From the NCBI GenBank assembly GCA_964390715.1, contig CAYMIM010000016.1:1-59735 (forward strand): DNA of 59,735 bases, read 5' to 3'. The notes beneath the pieces were generated by a model. The model made no database searches. It was not told the DNA's origin and saw only the letters and a list, made by a program, of their open reading frames with translations. The stretch comes from Candidatus Woesearchaeota archaeon. GTDB lineage: Archaea; Nanobdellota; Nanobdellia; SCGC-AAA011-G17; UBA489. Below are positions 7,101-15,937 of the stretch, piece by piece (the stretch's first letter is position 1; each line of letters opens with the position of its first letter). The position numbers were made by a program, and so were the translations under genes.

Positions 7101-10100
7101 TCAAAGAACGCTGTGAACTGCGGAGGACTTTCTGGTTTTGAGATCTGATCAAACATATTGCCTAATCCCGGAGCTTTACCAAATATAGCTGCTTTACAAA
7201 TTTCTGTACCTAATTCTGGCAATGCTCCTCCATTATACATAGCGAACGTGTTCTTAGCATACGATTGTGTGAAATATTGCAGACTACCTACTGAGCTATC
7301 GACTGCTTTTTCAAATGATGAATATTCTCCACCACCACTTCCTGATTTACCTAAGAAGAAATTGACAATATTTCTGAAAATACCTTTCTTTGCACTGAAG
7401 AGAGCTAATCCTTCTTTCCATAAAATTTCACAAATACCATAAGAGCGTAGACGATCACAGATACCTACAGATCTTCCTGAAACTTTTGATGTGATTAAAC
7501 ATTGTCTATAGCCTTCGATGACTGAACGAATATTTTGCAGACCCGCATAGATACCTGATAAGCAAATCGGCATGACTACTCCACCTGGTTTACCGATACC
7601 GAGAGGTTCAATACCAAAGTTTGGCAAACATAAGAGTGCACTTCCAATGATTCCTGTCTGAATAACATTATCGACTTGCCATTCTCCACCTAAGTTACAA
7701 CGTGATGGGGGACAAATAACTGGATCACATGCGTTGAATAATAATTTACAATCTCCTGGACTCATGAATTCTGTGCAACTTGCACCAATACTAGCTGCTG
7801 CTGTGTCTATAGTATATGCACCTAATCCTCCACAATCTACGGATTGCAAAGGAATGACTTCACCACGGGAATATTTTCCACCTGCATTTTTCTTGTTGAT
7901 GACACCTACACAATCTTGTCCTTTTTTGATGTTGTCATAGATACCTTTATCGGGATTGTCTTTCTCGCTTTTTATTTTCTGATAGCGATCCATTAACTGT
8001 CCGTCAACGACGCCTAAATAGACATCACTAGGACTGCCCATACGACCATTCGGTTGGGATCGTTTATAGAGATCATATTTGGTTGGACGACCAGCAGTGT
8101 TGTACGAAACTTGCAGATAGTTGAAAGCGTCGATACTGATAAATTCTGTGTATCCTTTTTGACGACCTTGATCTAAAACTGCAACATTGGGATTGTGCTT
8201 GAATTCCCCTAATTGTGTTGTTGTGATTACACCATAAGACTCTTTGAGTTTTCCTATATAGTCATTATCCTTTTCTGTTGGAGCTCCCAGGCTTGTTCCT
8301 TTTTTTTGCACATCTTCTAGATGTGTCTTCATGTTAGTATTTATATCTGTTTCCCGTTGTAAAGGTAAAAAGCGAGTGCTATAGGTTCTCCATAAAAATG
8401 CATTATCTTCTTGTTTATCTTTAGGAGGATTAAATTTCTCCACAATATCTTTCTTGTATGTTCCTACAATTTTATCTGCATCAACTCCAGATGCTTTTAC
8501 CTCATCATAAGTTTTTATTCTTCCTTCTGTAAAGAATTTGTCAGTGAATTTCTTTTCTTCACTAGCTCTTGTCAATCTCGCATCTAGTTCATAATATTTG
8601 TCACGATATTGTTGATTACTTGGATCTTGGCTGACTAGATTTCCATAGTATCCTAGATTTTTCTTAGAATCATCATATTCTTTTCCTAAATCCTTGAATG
8701 CTTCCTGATTGTAATCTCCTTTGTTCGCTGCGTTTATTGCAGTTTGTGACTGAGAGATCATATGATCATATTCTGCCTGATTCTTGAAGACACACTCATC
8801 ATAACTAAGAGCTCTACAGTTTTTCGGATCTTCTGTGCCGAGATTTCTATACTCATCGTATTTCTTCTCGAAAGCTTCATTCGTTCTTTCTCTAGCAACT
8901 GCCCCTGAGCCTCCAAAGACACCTGAAAAGAAGTTTTTTACCCAGACAACTGCAAATGTGACGAAACAGAACTTCTTCCAATATTCTGTTATTTTTCCTA
9001 CATTGTCAATAATCTTATCCAATTTCGCCAACAAATCTTCAGTCTTAGCGATTTCATCTTCGTATGAGTCGGAGAACAAAGGAAGATCGAGAGCACGTTT
9101 CTCTATGGGAATGTGCAATGAGAATATTGCTTCTGAAAATGCAGCTTCGGTATTTGGACTTATCGTGATGGAGACTTCTTTTTTCATGTCAGCTTTTGTA
9201 AGTTTTATATTTCTTTTTGTATTTGTTCCTGTGTTGATTGATTTAGCTTGATTTTTTGTCAGTGATTCTTGCTGTTTTGTTTTATCTTCTATCAAAATAA
9301 TTTCACTGTCACGAATTTCCTTCACGAACCATTTTAGTTGGTCTTTATCATCTTGTAAGAGTTGTTCACCTTCACGATATTCTTTTGCTGGATATCCTTC
9401 CACTTCAATAGTCGCTTTTGATTTCTGACTATCAGGAACACTAGACCCTCCAATTAATGTTACATAGAAAATATCATTGGTACTTGGATCTTTGACTTCA
9501 GCGATTGCACTTTGGAAGTCTGATTGTAAACTGTTCAATAAGTCTAATAATTTCTGAATTGTTTCTTTTGTTGCGATAGATTGGTATTCTTCTGGTTTGT
9601 AGTTACGGAGCATAATTTCTAAGTGATTGATAGCACCTGCACGATCATTGATTCCAGGTAATAAGGCAAGATTAGCTATTTTCCAGTGCGCTGCTACAAC
9701 TTTATCCTTCACTACAGGATAAGCGTTAATGAGATGTTCATATTCAGCTATAGCAAGTCTGTAGAGCGTTACAGGACTGTCGGTTGCGACTATATTTGAA
9801 GGTTCTTGGGAAATGTTTTCTTGTTGTTTGAGTATATTTTCTAGAGGAGTTAAACGATTACTGACATCGTCTCTTGCTTTTATCAATAGACTTTTCTGAG
9901 CATTGTTTGTTTCTAGATTGATTGCTGCTTCCAATTCTACTCTTTTTTGCGCATAATAATTGCGAATGAGCTTGAGAAGGTTAAATGCCTGATTCTTCGT
10001 TGTTATTGTTACGCCATCTGTATTATCTATAAAATTTGTTTTTATTTTTTCTACAATATTGGAAAAATCTTTTGTTTCTTCTGTTTTTTCTTTCTTATCT

Positions 10101-11290
10101 GCAAGCGCATAATACTCCGTAATACTAGCTTTCAAAAGATCTTGTTTTTCTTTTTCCTTGGGGTTTTGTGTTACCTGCGTTGTAGAAGAAGACTGTATTT
10201 GATCTGGTCTTGGCACATCTGCTTTTGTTGCTTTGAGTGTTTTTGCTTCTCTGGTTACTTTGTTTTTGAGTGTAACTTCTAAAGAAGTTCCTTTGACGTC
10301 GCTAGCAATACTTTCGACATACCATGAAGACCCTTTATAGAGATCATCTCCTTCTGAAAGATATGCTGCTTGTGCATTGCCATTTCTATTCACTAAGAGA
10401 CGTACTTTATCGCTGATACTCTTAACACTATTGAGACGCAGGGTGTATCTGTCAAATAATCTTCCGTAGGTAATATATCCACCACGATTAGCGCTTAATG
10501 AACGGGAAGTTTGACCTACAGCCAGTGTAATAGGGGTTTGTGTCAATGCATTGAGTTGATTATCATAAACCATGAAAGAGGCTTGATTTCCTTTAACTTC
10601 TGTGGCTTGGAGATATCCTGCATAGAAACTGTGATCTTCTTTTGTTAGCTTCCATTCTTCTAAATTTTGTGCTGTTAAAATATCTTGGACAGGACCAAAG
10701 AATAATCCTTCTGATACATCGAAGAATATACGTGCGTCAATATCGAGAATAATTTCATCAGGCACTTTTCCTTCCTGTGGAATCTGACGAATAGGAATAA
10801 CTAATGTACCTAGATTATCATAAGTCAATTCGCGATTTTGAGGAACAATATGAGTGATACGACCAACAGATACTGGCAATCCTTGCGGAACCGTTGTGAC
10901 TTTTTGACTTCGAATAACAATGTTCCGAATTTTTGGCACGGTGATAGTAGGGTTAGTTGGTGTGCCGCTGATTAAAGCATGCACAAAAATACCAGAATCT
11001 TCCAATAAAGAACTACGAATAATACGTGGTTGATAATCGTCTACCTGGACAATAATATCTTCACCAATCAGATCTTCTGGACTATCTATAATGCCCTGTA
11101 AATCATCCAGTGTTTCATCGCGTATAGCTTCTCCTTGTCGTGTGAAATCATTTGGAATATCTTTAGAACGATCAATGGTTTGTTGTCCCGCTGAAGATGT
11201 TGGGTTGGCTGCATAAGCCTGCTCTAAGGGTAGCATCATGACTAGCAAAAGCAAGAAATACGTCGTCCACCTTTTTTTTTCTAAAAACAT
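4118..11290 (-). CDS. Giant secreted multi-domain surface protein (about 2390 aa)
   Basis: Uninterrupted ORF. The track start is TTG 11299; ATG 11290 gives MFLEKKRWTTYFLLLLVMMLPLEQAYA, a signal peptide. Also present are coiled-coil and Lys/Glu-rich segments, a hydrophobic segment (FCFVTFAVVWVKNFF), a Cys-rich core (about 6500-7910), an IPT/TIG-like domain (about 5860-6075) and a C-terminal TIM-barrel-like module (about 4118-5250). Confidence 0.85.
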   Translation of the reverse strand: MFLEKKRWTTYFLLLLVMMLPLEQAYAANPTSSAGQQTIDRSKDIPNDFTRQGEAIRDETLDDLQGIIDSPEDLIGEDIIVQVDDYQPRIIRSSLLEDSGIFVHALISGTPTNPTITVPKIRNIVIRSQKVTTVPQGLPVSVGRITHIVPQNRELTYDNLGTLVIPIRQIPQEGKVPDEIILDIDARIFFDVSEGLFFGPVQDILTAQNLEEWKLTKEDHSFYAGYLQATEVKGNQASFMVYDNQLNALTQTPITLAVGQTSRSLSANRGGYITYGRLFDRYTLRLNSVKSISDKVRLLVNRNGNAQAAYLSEGDDLYKGSSWYVESIASDVKGTSLEVTLKNKVTREAKTLKATKADVPRPDQIQSSSTTQVTQNPKEKEKQDLLKASITEYYALADKKEKTEETKDFSNIVEKIKTNFIDNTDGVTITTKNQAFNLLKLIRNYYAQKRVELEAAINLETNNAQKSLLIKARDDVSNRLTPLENILKQQENISQEPSNIVATDSPVTLYRLAIAEYEHLINAYPVVKDKVVAAHWKIANLALLPGINDRAGAINHLEIMLRNYKPEEYQSIATKETIQKLLDLLNSLQSDFQSAIAEVKDPSTNDIFYVTLIGGSSVPDSQKSKATIEVEGYPAKEYREGEQLLQDDKDQLKWFVKEIRDSEIILIEDKTKQQESLTKNQAKSINTGTNTKRNIKLTKADMKKEVSITISPNTEAAFSEAIFSLHIPIEKRALDLPLFSDSYEDEIAKTEDLLAKLDKIIDNVGKITEYWKKFCFVTFAVVWVKNFFSGVFGGSGAVARERTNEAFEKKYDEYRNLGTEDPKNCRALSYDECVFKNQAEYDHMISQSQTAINAANKGDYNQEAFKDLGKEYDDSKKNLGYYGNLVSQDPSNQQYRDKYYELDARLTRASEEKKFTDKFFTEGRIKTYDEVKASGVDADKIVGTYKKDIVEKFNPPKDKQEDNAFLWRTYSTRFLPLQRETDINTNMKTHLEDVQKKGTSLGAPTEKDNDYIGKLKESYGVITTTQLGEFKHNPNVAVLDQGRQKGYTEFISIDAFNYLQVSYNTAGRPTKYDLYKRSQPNGRMGSPSDVYLGVVDGQLMDRYQKIKSEKDNPDKGIYDNIKKGQDCVGVINKKNAGGKYSRGEVIPLQSVDCGGLGAYTIDTAAASIGASCTEFMSPGDCKLLFNACDPVICPPSRCNLGGEWQVDNVIQTGIIGSALLCLPNFGIEPLGIGKPGGVVMPICLSGIYAGLQNIRSVIEGYRQCLITSKVSGRSVGICDRLRSYGICEILWKEGLALFSAKKGIFRNIVNFFLGKSGSGGGEYSSFEKAVDSSVGSLQYFTQSYAKNTFAMYNGGALPELGTEICKAAIFGKAPGLGNMFDQISKPESPPQFTAFFDEAPYSDLGNQPLSQYKVTYHIYAGDNEDIIYSVYMQALDPYTGQFIIQPHVLKDSKGITQNRRLPRGSFADESPDVILPSGMKEICVEINSKIYGRKVECGFGKVSTSFAIDYISDQFAQNEAKKQISTSAQCVPTSPPTITELGAVEGTAGTVSSGFIQSGIIRKCSKYNPGVGGDEVKWSPVGTCGEDDRERDLGTCWLYVPAAKNAIKEVSARLDLNTSLAKTAQEVVNEAEKQGETIPGYYILKKEDIALKEKEADAIIKNANTPNAFESGRAIYQQVIGSALLDDPDGARMQFKLAESYELEARISLKKQTSVTTTTVRVPALTSLSQTEINNDKETKIILKGSKFDEIFGIEASGTILDPKDFPMKRLNENEIELTIASGAAPNVYNLKVINVNGQKSSALTLTIKSGTSTQTIETTKEVCSIIETYWSDGKNVIVEVLQGRNVYLSLEWRGDCKDELVMATVMKVRKTLRMDWLARDEIITTLGIPFNEPNKQTWKALLTNDEEDEEYYFIALSRNGQEKTSETIKVKRAIPNKNVISMPTRKKQTSTEKSLPDNNFQSTNPSTITSTGTTSGSDFNKILNKNPSQQENSIFTTNTQLKDTSEEIQTELLSCNPNGNNAEHPLGMTISLFIDRDYAECANTVLKAKEKGATAVNIIPTLKGYIDKNDRVKRYMWPKTYPNAENKIVDNENIEYIKEKLTACFSAVLDNDMDLSIRPHLDYGGDGEGTTWRNGYIFNPVENLAGYSYKDVLLEPIAIALHDALAQTRSTNIVDFTMQGEMGRTLFEYTSNWLSLVKEYRAKMPKNVRIGINTNFNNLNGKRDDANLFSSDEEKIEFQKLIDVVDILGLSAYYSVSYYPQQRDFKAMKEYYLKTFKNNDIKIPVKISLQFSEIGIGGGSGDMVDAIRNPWKGVSNCNDQSSPWKTQSMIDLRRAYYAQLLSALNEGFIDRAFTWNADSWDVQELYRTAQCGDETIAKMIENYNQGCLR

Positions 11291-11291
11291 T

Positions 11292-13268
11292 TTACTCAAG
11301 CGCTGGCTTCTTCACCTCATTATTTTGTTTTTGCACAGCTTCATAAACCTTACTTACCTCTTCGATAGACTTGGGTGTTGGACCACGGAGCGAATAAAAG
11401 GTTACCTTTCGCGCATTAGCAACTGCCGCTCTTGATATGGTCCAGCTTGTTGAGGAACCACCGCCAATGATCTGCTCTAATTTTGTAGCTTCGAATTTTT
11501 GCTTAGCACATTGTCGCGTTGTTAGCCCCGCAATACCTAAAACACCTTTCTGTGGAACATCATTACAAATCTCTATTTCTTTTTCTGGGAAATTAAATCC
11601 ACCAGCATTCTCGACAATAATTCGTGTGGTAACTAGCGTATCTCCTGGAATCAGCTTGATGGTTTTTTGATCTGGATAGAGGATTGTTGTAGCATATTTT
11701 TTCTCTTGATTGTCTAAAGTAATCATGATTTTTTCTGTCTGATAAGGAGAACGCTCTTGCTGATTATCGATTACTTTTATATCGAGAGTCACTTCTTTAA
11801 TAGGTTCGAGATAGACTACTACTTCTCCTGACGCAGTATTTGTTGAGACTGGCAATTCACCCCGATGGTATCCTTCTTTCTCCGCGATCATCACCCCATC
11901 AGAGCATTGTGGAAACATAGTTGTGAGCGCCGCTCCACGAGCATCCGCAAGGGTTACTCCACGATCACAGACTTGATCTAGACACTTATATGAGATTCTC
12001 GCGTTTGGCAACTCTTGGAGACTATCATCAGCACGATACGCCGCCGCGACTATAGTTAATTCTTTACCTGGATACTGGCAAATCTCCGCTTGAGCATCAA
12101 AACTTACAGGGGTGACCCGATTTTCCCGGGGTTGGTTATGGTCGATGACAACGAGTGTCGCGAACTGAAACATCGAGTCACCATCCTGCAAAGAAATGAG
12201 CATGGGAAACTTAAGATTGTAGACAAAATGGTTGTCATTCATACAGAACAGTGGCAGGAGGAAACGACTGGCGGCATTTTCAGCAGTGAATGGTTTTCCA
12301 CGGAGGATTTCTTCATTTTCTCCTACCACGTCCATGAGGAGCGGCCATTGCTCTTGATAACTAAAGAGAATACTCGCGTCTGTCTTTTTTGACAACGCGT
12401 CAATAACAAAGGATTTAGCGTCTTTCGCGTTTTCCCCATATCGCGATCCTTCAATGCGAAGCGTTGGGAAATTCAGAGCAAATATTTTCTTGAGCTCCTT
12501 TTGAACGTTTGTTTTTAGCCAAGCGCGCGGAGCGCATTGCGTGTCAATACCAGAGAAGGGAATAGTATCATAGACTGTCATCATGTCTATCGCTCGGTTC
12601 TCTAAGTAATAGTCTGTGCTTTCTGCTTGCATCAGTTCAACAGCAGTTTGGTAAAGTTTTCCCATCCTGGACTTGATGGTCTTCTTGAAAGTGGTAAATG
12701 TAAAGGAAAAATCATCTTTGGTCAAAGTCAAAGGATACTTTGTTTCTATTATCATCGTTTCTTCATTGATGATGATTTTGGAGCGTGGCTGCTCTTCACT
12801 GAATCCATACCCCTGATCTTTTAATGGCTTGAGATCATTGAGACATTGCTTTATGTTTTCATCGATATACGCCGCGAGTCCGGTTTCCATCTGCGCTTTG
12901 GTAGGAACTTGATTTTTCCGCAAACTATTTTCCGTCTCCGTCAACCAATAGGCTACCTGACCTGATCCTGTATTAAAAATATCAAGCGCATCTCCAAAAG
13001 GACTAATGAGTGATGGTACTTGTTCTTGCGGCAATTCCATATATCCTCCTTGTGCGCTCATGATCGCGATGCCTTGCGTCGCTAAAGTTTCCAAGCACGT
13101 GTCTACGTAGATTTTCGCGCGCTCCGCCTGTGGCGGGACTGTAAGAGATTTTTGCAGTTCTTGTCCTGTAAACGCTGAGAAAATTTCCTGACGGAAAGTA
13201 AAGACTGTCACACCTAACGCGAGGATTACAATACCCAGAATAATGAACGCCGTGACTTGTCCTTTCAT
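11292..13268 (-). CDS. N-terminally anchored extracellular protein (658 aa), uncharacterised
   Basis: ATG start. The N terminus MKGQVTAFIILGIVILALGV is a KGQ-plus-hydrophobic stretch resembling an archaeal class III (pilin-like) signal or anchor. Its stop is 1 nt before the giant-gene ATG, and its start overlaps the upstream stop (TAATG). Confidence 0.7.
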   Translation of the reverse strand: MKGQVTAFIILGIVILALGVTVFTFRQEIFSAFTGQELQKSLTVPPQAERAKIYVDTCLETLATQGIAIMSAQGGYMELPQEQVPSLISPFGDALDIFNTGSGQVAYWLTETENSLRKNQVPTKAQMETGLAAYIDENIKQCLNDLKPLKDQGYGFSEEQPRSKIIINEETMIIETKYPLTLTKDDFSFTFTTFKKTIKSRMGKLYQTAVELMQAESTDYYLENRAIDMMTVYDTIPFSGIDTQCAPRAWLKTNVQKELKKIFALNFPTLRIEGSRYGENAKDAKSFVIDALSKKTDASILFSYQEQWPLLMDVVGENEEILRGKPFTAENAASRFLLPLFCMNDNHFVYNLKFPMLISLQDGDSMFQFATLVVIDHNQPRENRVTPVSFDAQAEICQYPGKELTIVAAAYRADDSLQELPNARISYKCLDQVCDRGVTLADARGAALTTMFPQCSDGVMIAEKEGYHRGELPVSTNTASGEVVVYLEPIKEVTLDIKVIDNQQERSPYQTEKIMITLDNQEKKYATTILYPDQKTIKLIPGDTLVTTRIIVENAGGFNFPEKEIEICNDVPQKGVLGIAGLTTRQCAKQKFEATKLEQIIGGGSSTSWTISRAAVANARKVTFYSLRGPTPKSIEEVSKVYEAVQKQNNEVKKPALE

Positions 13269-13462
13269 TAATCTGACCTCCGGAGCATGACCACTTTTGA
13301 GCCGCCGAATTTGCGCACTTCGACTAGTTTTTTCTTTTCCAATGGCTTAAGGATGTCTGGGACAGTCGCGTTTTTAATGTCGAATCGCTTCGCTATAGCG
13401 CTTAGATTCACTAGATCATGCTTTTTCAAGAAGTCCACCAGCTCTTTTTCCGTTGGTATCAT
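13268..13462 (-). CDS. Small winged-helix DNA-binding protein, first gene of the giant-protein operon
   Basis: 64 aa. The sequence LVDFLKKHDLVNLSAIAKRFDIKNATVPDILKPLEKKKLVEV has an HTH-plus-wing pattern. Its stop overlaps the next ATG. Confidence 0.55.
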   Translation of the reverse strand: MIPTEKELVDFLKKHDLVNLSAIAKRFDIKNATVPDILKPLEKKKLVEVRKFGGSKVVMLRRSD

Positions 13463-13594
13463 TAAAGAAAACCCTTAAAAGCCTCTTTTTTTCTTTTCAA
13501 GCCTTTTTCAACCTCTTTTTTTCCATATAAACTCTTTAAAGAGCTTAGTAGCTAGAACTCTAAGAACTATATAAAGATTACTGTTTTTTCAGAA

Positions 13595-14818
13595 TTAGCG
13601 TCTCTGTGGTCTGCGATCGTTAAATCTGCGCTTCGCGCCAAAACTATTCCCTTTAAATCTTGGAGCGAAGCTTCTCTGCATGAAAGGCTGGAACTGGACA
13701 ATCTCATATTTCGGCAAGGGCAATTTCTCTATTTTCAAAGAACGATCATCCAAAACACGTCTAAAATTGTCATAATCTTTTTCAGAAACAAGCGTAACCG
13801 CAATACCTTCTTCACCAGCGCGAGCAGTGCGACCAATACGATGCACATATTCTTTTGGAGTTTTTGGCACGTCAAAGTTATAGACATGTGTCAACATCTT
13901 GATATCCAGACCACGAGCAGCAATGTCGCTGGCAACTAAGATTTCTGTATTCTTGCCTTGGAATGACTCCATCACTTGTTTTCTTCTGGATTGTGTTAGA
14001 CCACCATGGATAGCTTTCGCCTGCAAGCCATTTTTGTTGAGATTGTATTCCACTAAATCTACCGCTCTTCTTGTGCCGCAAAAGACAATAGCATAAGGAG
14101 CTTTTTCATTCTTTAGCAGATGAACTAGAAGGTGGAAACGATCACGAATAGGAACGTCATAGTAATACTGCTTGAGCAGACCTTTGTCCACTTGCTCTTT
14201 GGTTCTTATTATCTGCGGATCACGCATATGCTTTTGTATGATGTGCATAACTTCTTTGGGCATGGTAGCGCTGAACATTAACGTTTGTCGTTTGGTTGGC
14301 GTAGTTTTAATGATAAACTCGACGTCTTCGATGAATCCCATATCCAACATCTTATCCGCCTCATCCAAGACCAAAAATTTTATGGCATCCAAGCGGAGCA
14401 CTCTTCGCTGCAAGACATCTTTCATACGACCGGGCGTGCCTACAATAATATTCGCGTCGGGAATTTTTCTGATTTGTCCATCAATAGAAACACCACCATA
14501 GACTTTCAGGACGTTAATGGATTTGTACCGAGTTAATTTGCTACATTCCTCAGCGACCTGCTCACAGAGTTCTCTAGTTGGAACAAGCACTACCGCCTGT
14601 AATCCTTCTGAGGTTTTTATCTTCTCAATGATAGGAATAGCGAAAGCGAAAGTCTTTCCAGAGCCAGTGCTCGATTGACCAACGACGTCATGTCCTGCCT
14701 GTACCAGCGGGATAGCGCGTTCCTGGATGGGTGTAGGTTCTAGAATACCTATTTCTTTCAAAGATTTCCTGATGAATGGATCTGAGACTAACTTCTCGAA
14801 TGTCATACGTTCTTCCAT
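13595..14818 (-). CDS. DEAD-box ATP-dependent RNA helicase
   Basis: Motifs present: PTPIQ, GSGKT (Walker A), DEAD, SAT, HRIGRTAR, and a basic C-terminal tail. ATG 14818 lies 23 nt downstream of TTTATAAA (14841-14848). The longer track ORF start (14872) is less likely. Confidence 0.9.
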   Translation of the reverse strand: MEERMTFEKLVSDPFIRKSLKEIGILEPTPIQERAIPLVQAGHDVVGQSSTGSGKTFAFAIPIIEKIKTSEGLQAVVLVPTRELCEQVAEECSKLTRYKSINVLKVYGGVSIDGQIRKIPDANIIVGTPGRMKDVLQRRVLRLDAIKFLVLDEADKMLDMGFIEDVEFIIKTTPTKRQTLMFSATMPKEVMHIIQKHMRDPQIIRTKEQVDKGLLKQYYYDVPIRDRFHLLVHLLKNEKAPYAIVFCGTRRAVDLVEYNLNKNGLQAKAIHGGLTQSRRKQVMESFQGKNTEILVASDIAARGLDIKMLTHVYNFDVPKTPKEYVHRIGRTARAGEEGIAVTLVSEKDYDNFRRVLDDRSLKIEKLPLPKYEIVQFQPFMQRSFAPRFKGNSFGAKRRFNDRRPQRR

Positions 14819-14840
14819 GACAAAAAGGAGTTTTAAGGGG

Positions 14841-14848
14841 TTTATAAA
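14841..14848 (-). promoter_or_regulatory. TATA box (TTTATAAA) for DEAD-box helicase
   Basis: The centre lies about 26 nt upstream of ATG 14818. Confidence 0.5.
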
Positions 14849-14892
14849 GGGTTTGCTTGAAAAAAATATCAATGGTATGTAGTTGGAACTTG

Positions 14893-15771
14893 TTAGAAAC
14901 TCAACTGACCACCAAAAGTGACTGTGAATGAATTACCAGCAAAATCAATATCCGCCTCTCTACCAAGAGGATGATCTTTTTTATTGAGAATATTCTGCGT
15001 GCCGAGTTCAAGAAATAGGTATCCCTTACCACTAGGGCGATATTTCAACGATCCTACTACTGAGCCAACAGTCATATCCACAAGATTGAACTCCTTTTCT
15101 CTACTAAGGTCACCATACGCAGAACCTGTTAAATATCCTCTTTCCGCAACCAGATCTTCTCTCCAAAGTTTATAACCCGCACCAAGCGTGAATGTGTCAG
15201 AAATCTTTGTTTCTAATCCTGTAAATACTTTTGGAATCAGAAATGAATTCCAATTAGGTCCAGCTTTTGTGTATAAAGAATAATAACTTGGATCGACAGT
15301 AGTGAAACCGCTGTCAGGATTGTCGGCAGCAGGCATACCACTAAGCTCCATTTCAACACCTGCCCTCAAAAATAGACTGTCCTTCACCAATCTCAGTTTC
15401 TCTCCATATCTCATAAACATACCAGTTCTTGGTCCCACTGTAACTTCATCATCCGTGATACGTGACGTTCCCAAGGAAAAATGATGTGGTAAGGTTCTTA
15501 TTTCTAAAGGTACATTTCTTACTTCACTTACTAACGAATGTCTATATACTGGGCCTATCTCCCAAAAACCTTCTACACTCTTGTTGGGATCTTCTTTATG
15601 TCCATCAGTTTGTGATAACGCTAAACCTACACCGCCTATCATAGGTCCTACTACTGAAAATGCTCGATGAGCCTCCGTTGATGAAGCGCATCCGCTCAGA
15701 AGAAGTGTAAGGGTAGCTGCTGTTGTCTTTTTACCTAAAGAATTTGATTTCATATTAGGAGCATACTTCAT
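14893..15771 (-). CDS. Putative lipoprotein with beta-strand-rich, OMP-like body ending in Phe
   Basis: Signal plus lipobox LLLSGC. Alternating hydrophobic and polar strands include FTLGAGYKLW, VVGSLKYR, YLFLELGT and FTVTFGGQLSF-COOH. Confidence 0.6.
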   Translation of the reverse strand: MKYAPNMKSNSLGKKTTAATLTLLLSGCASSTEAHRAFSVVGPMIGGVGLALSQTDGHKEDPNKSVEGFWEIGPVYRHSLVSEVRNVPLEIRTLPHHFSLGTSRITDDEVTVGPRTGMFMRYGEKLRLVKDSLFLRAGVEMELSGMPAADNPDSGFTTVDPSYYSLYTKAGPNWNSFLIPKVFTGLETKISDTFTLGAGYKLWREDLVAERGYLTGSAYGDLSREKEFNLVDMTVGSVVGSLKYRPSGKGYLFLELGTQNILNKKDHPLGREADIDFAGNSFTVTFGGQLSF

Positions 15772-15815
15772 AGGTAATAAGAATCTATCTCATTGCTAGT
15801 TAGTAGTAATTATAG

Positions 15816-15888
15816 TGGGCCCGACAGGATTTGAACCTGTGACCTCCTCCATGTCATGGAGACGTCATAACCGCTAGACTACGGGCCC
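15816..15888 (-). tRNA. tRNA-Val(GAC)
   Basis: The reverse complement is GGGCCCG-TA-GTCT-AGCGGTTA-TGAC-G-TCTCC-ATGACAT-GGAGG-AGGTC-ACAGG-TTCAAAT-CCTGT-CGGGCCC-A. It forms a 73-nt cloverleaf with no intron. Confidence 0.85.
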
Positions 15889-15937
15889 TTGGAGTAAAAT
15901 CATTGAGAGTGTGTTTTTAAAGTTACCTTTTGGTTCA

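Noticed and set aside
5334-10282. Several plus-strand ORFs (5334..5528, 7158..7442, 7734..7940, 8835..9251, 9947..10282) inside the giant gene
   Set aside because: They are antisense to one uninterrupted 7.2-kb ORF. Their translations are low-complexity (Phe/Leu/Ser/Cys-rich) and they have no start context. They are typical antisense shadows in AT-rich DNA.
11272-11280. A9 homopolymer (T9 on the plus strand) in codons 5-7 of the giant gene as a phase-variation switch
   Set aside because: The idea is attractive for a surface protein, but homopolymer runs of this size are common throughout this AT-rich window. There is no evidence of length variation from a single sequence. It would need read-level heterogeneity to support it.
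13463-13594. Repeated cctcttttttt / agccttttt motifs in the spacer between the DEAD-box gene and the wHTH operon as a structured repeat or ncRNA
   Set aside because: The motifs are short, imperfect and pyrimidine-rich. They are more simply explained as oligo-T termination signals and AT-rich promoter DNA, and no stable fold is evident.
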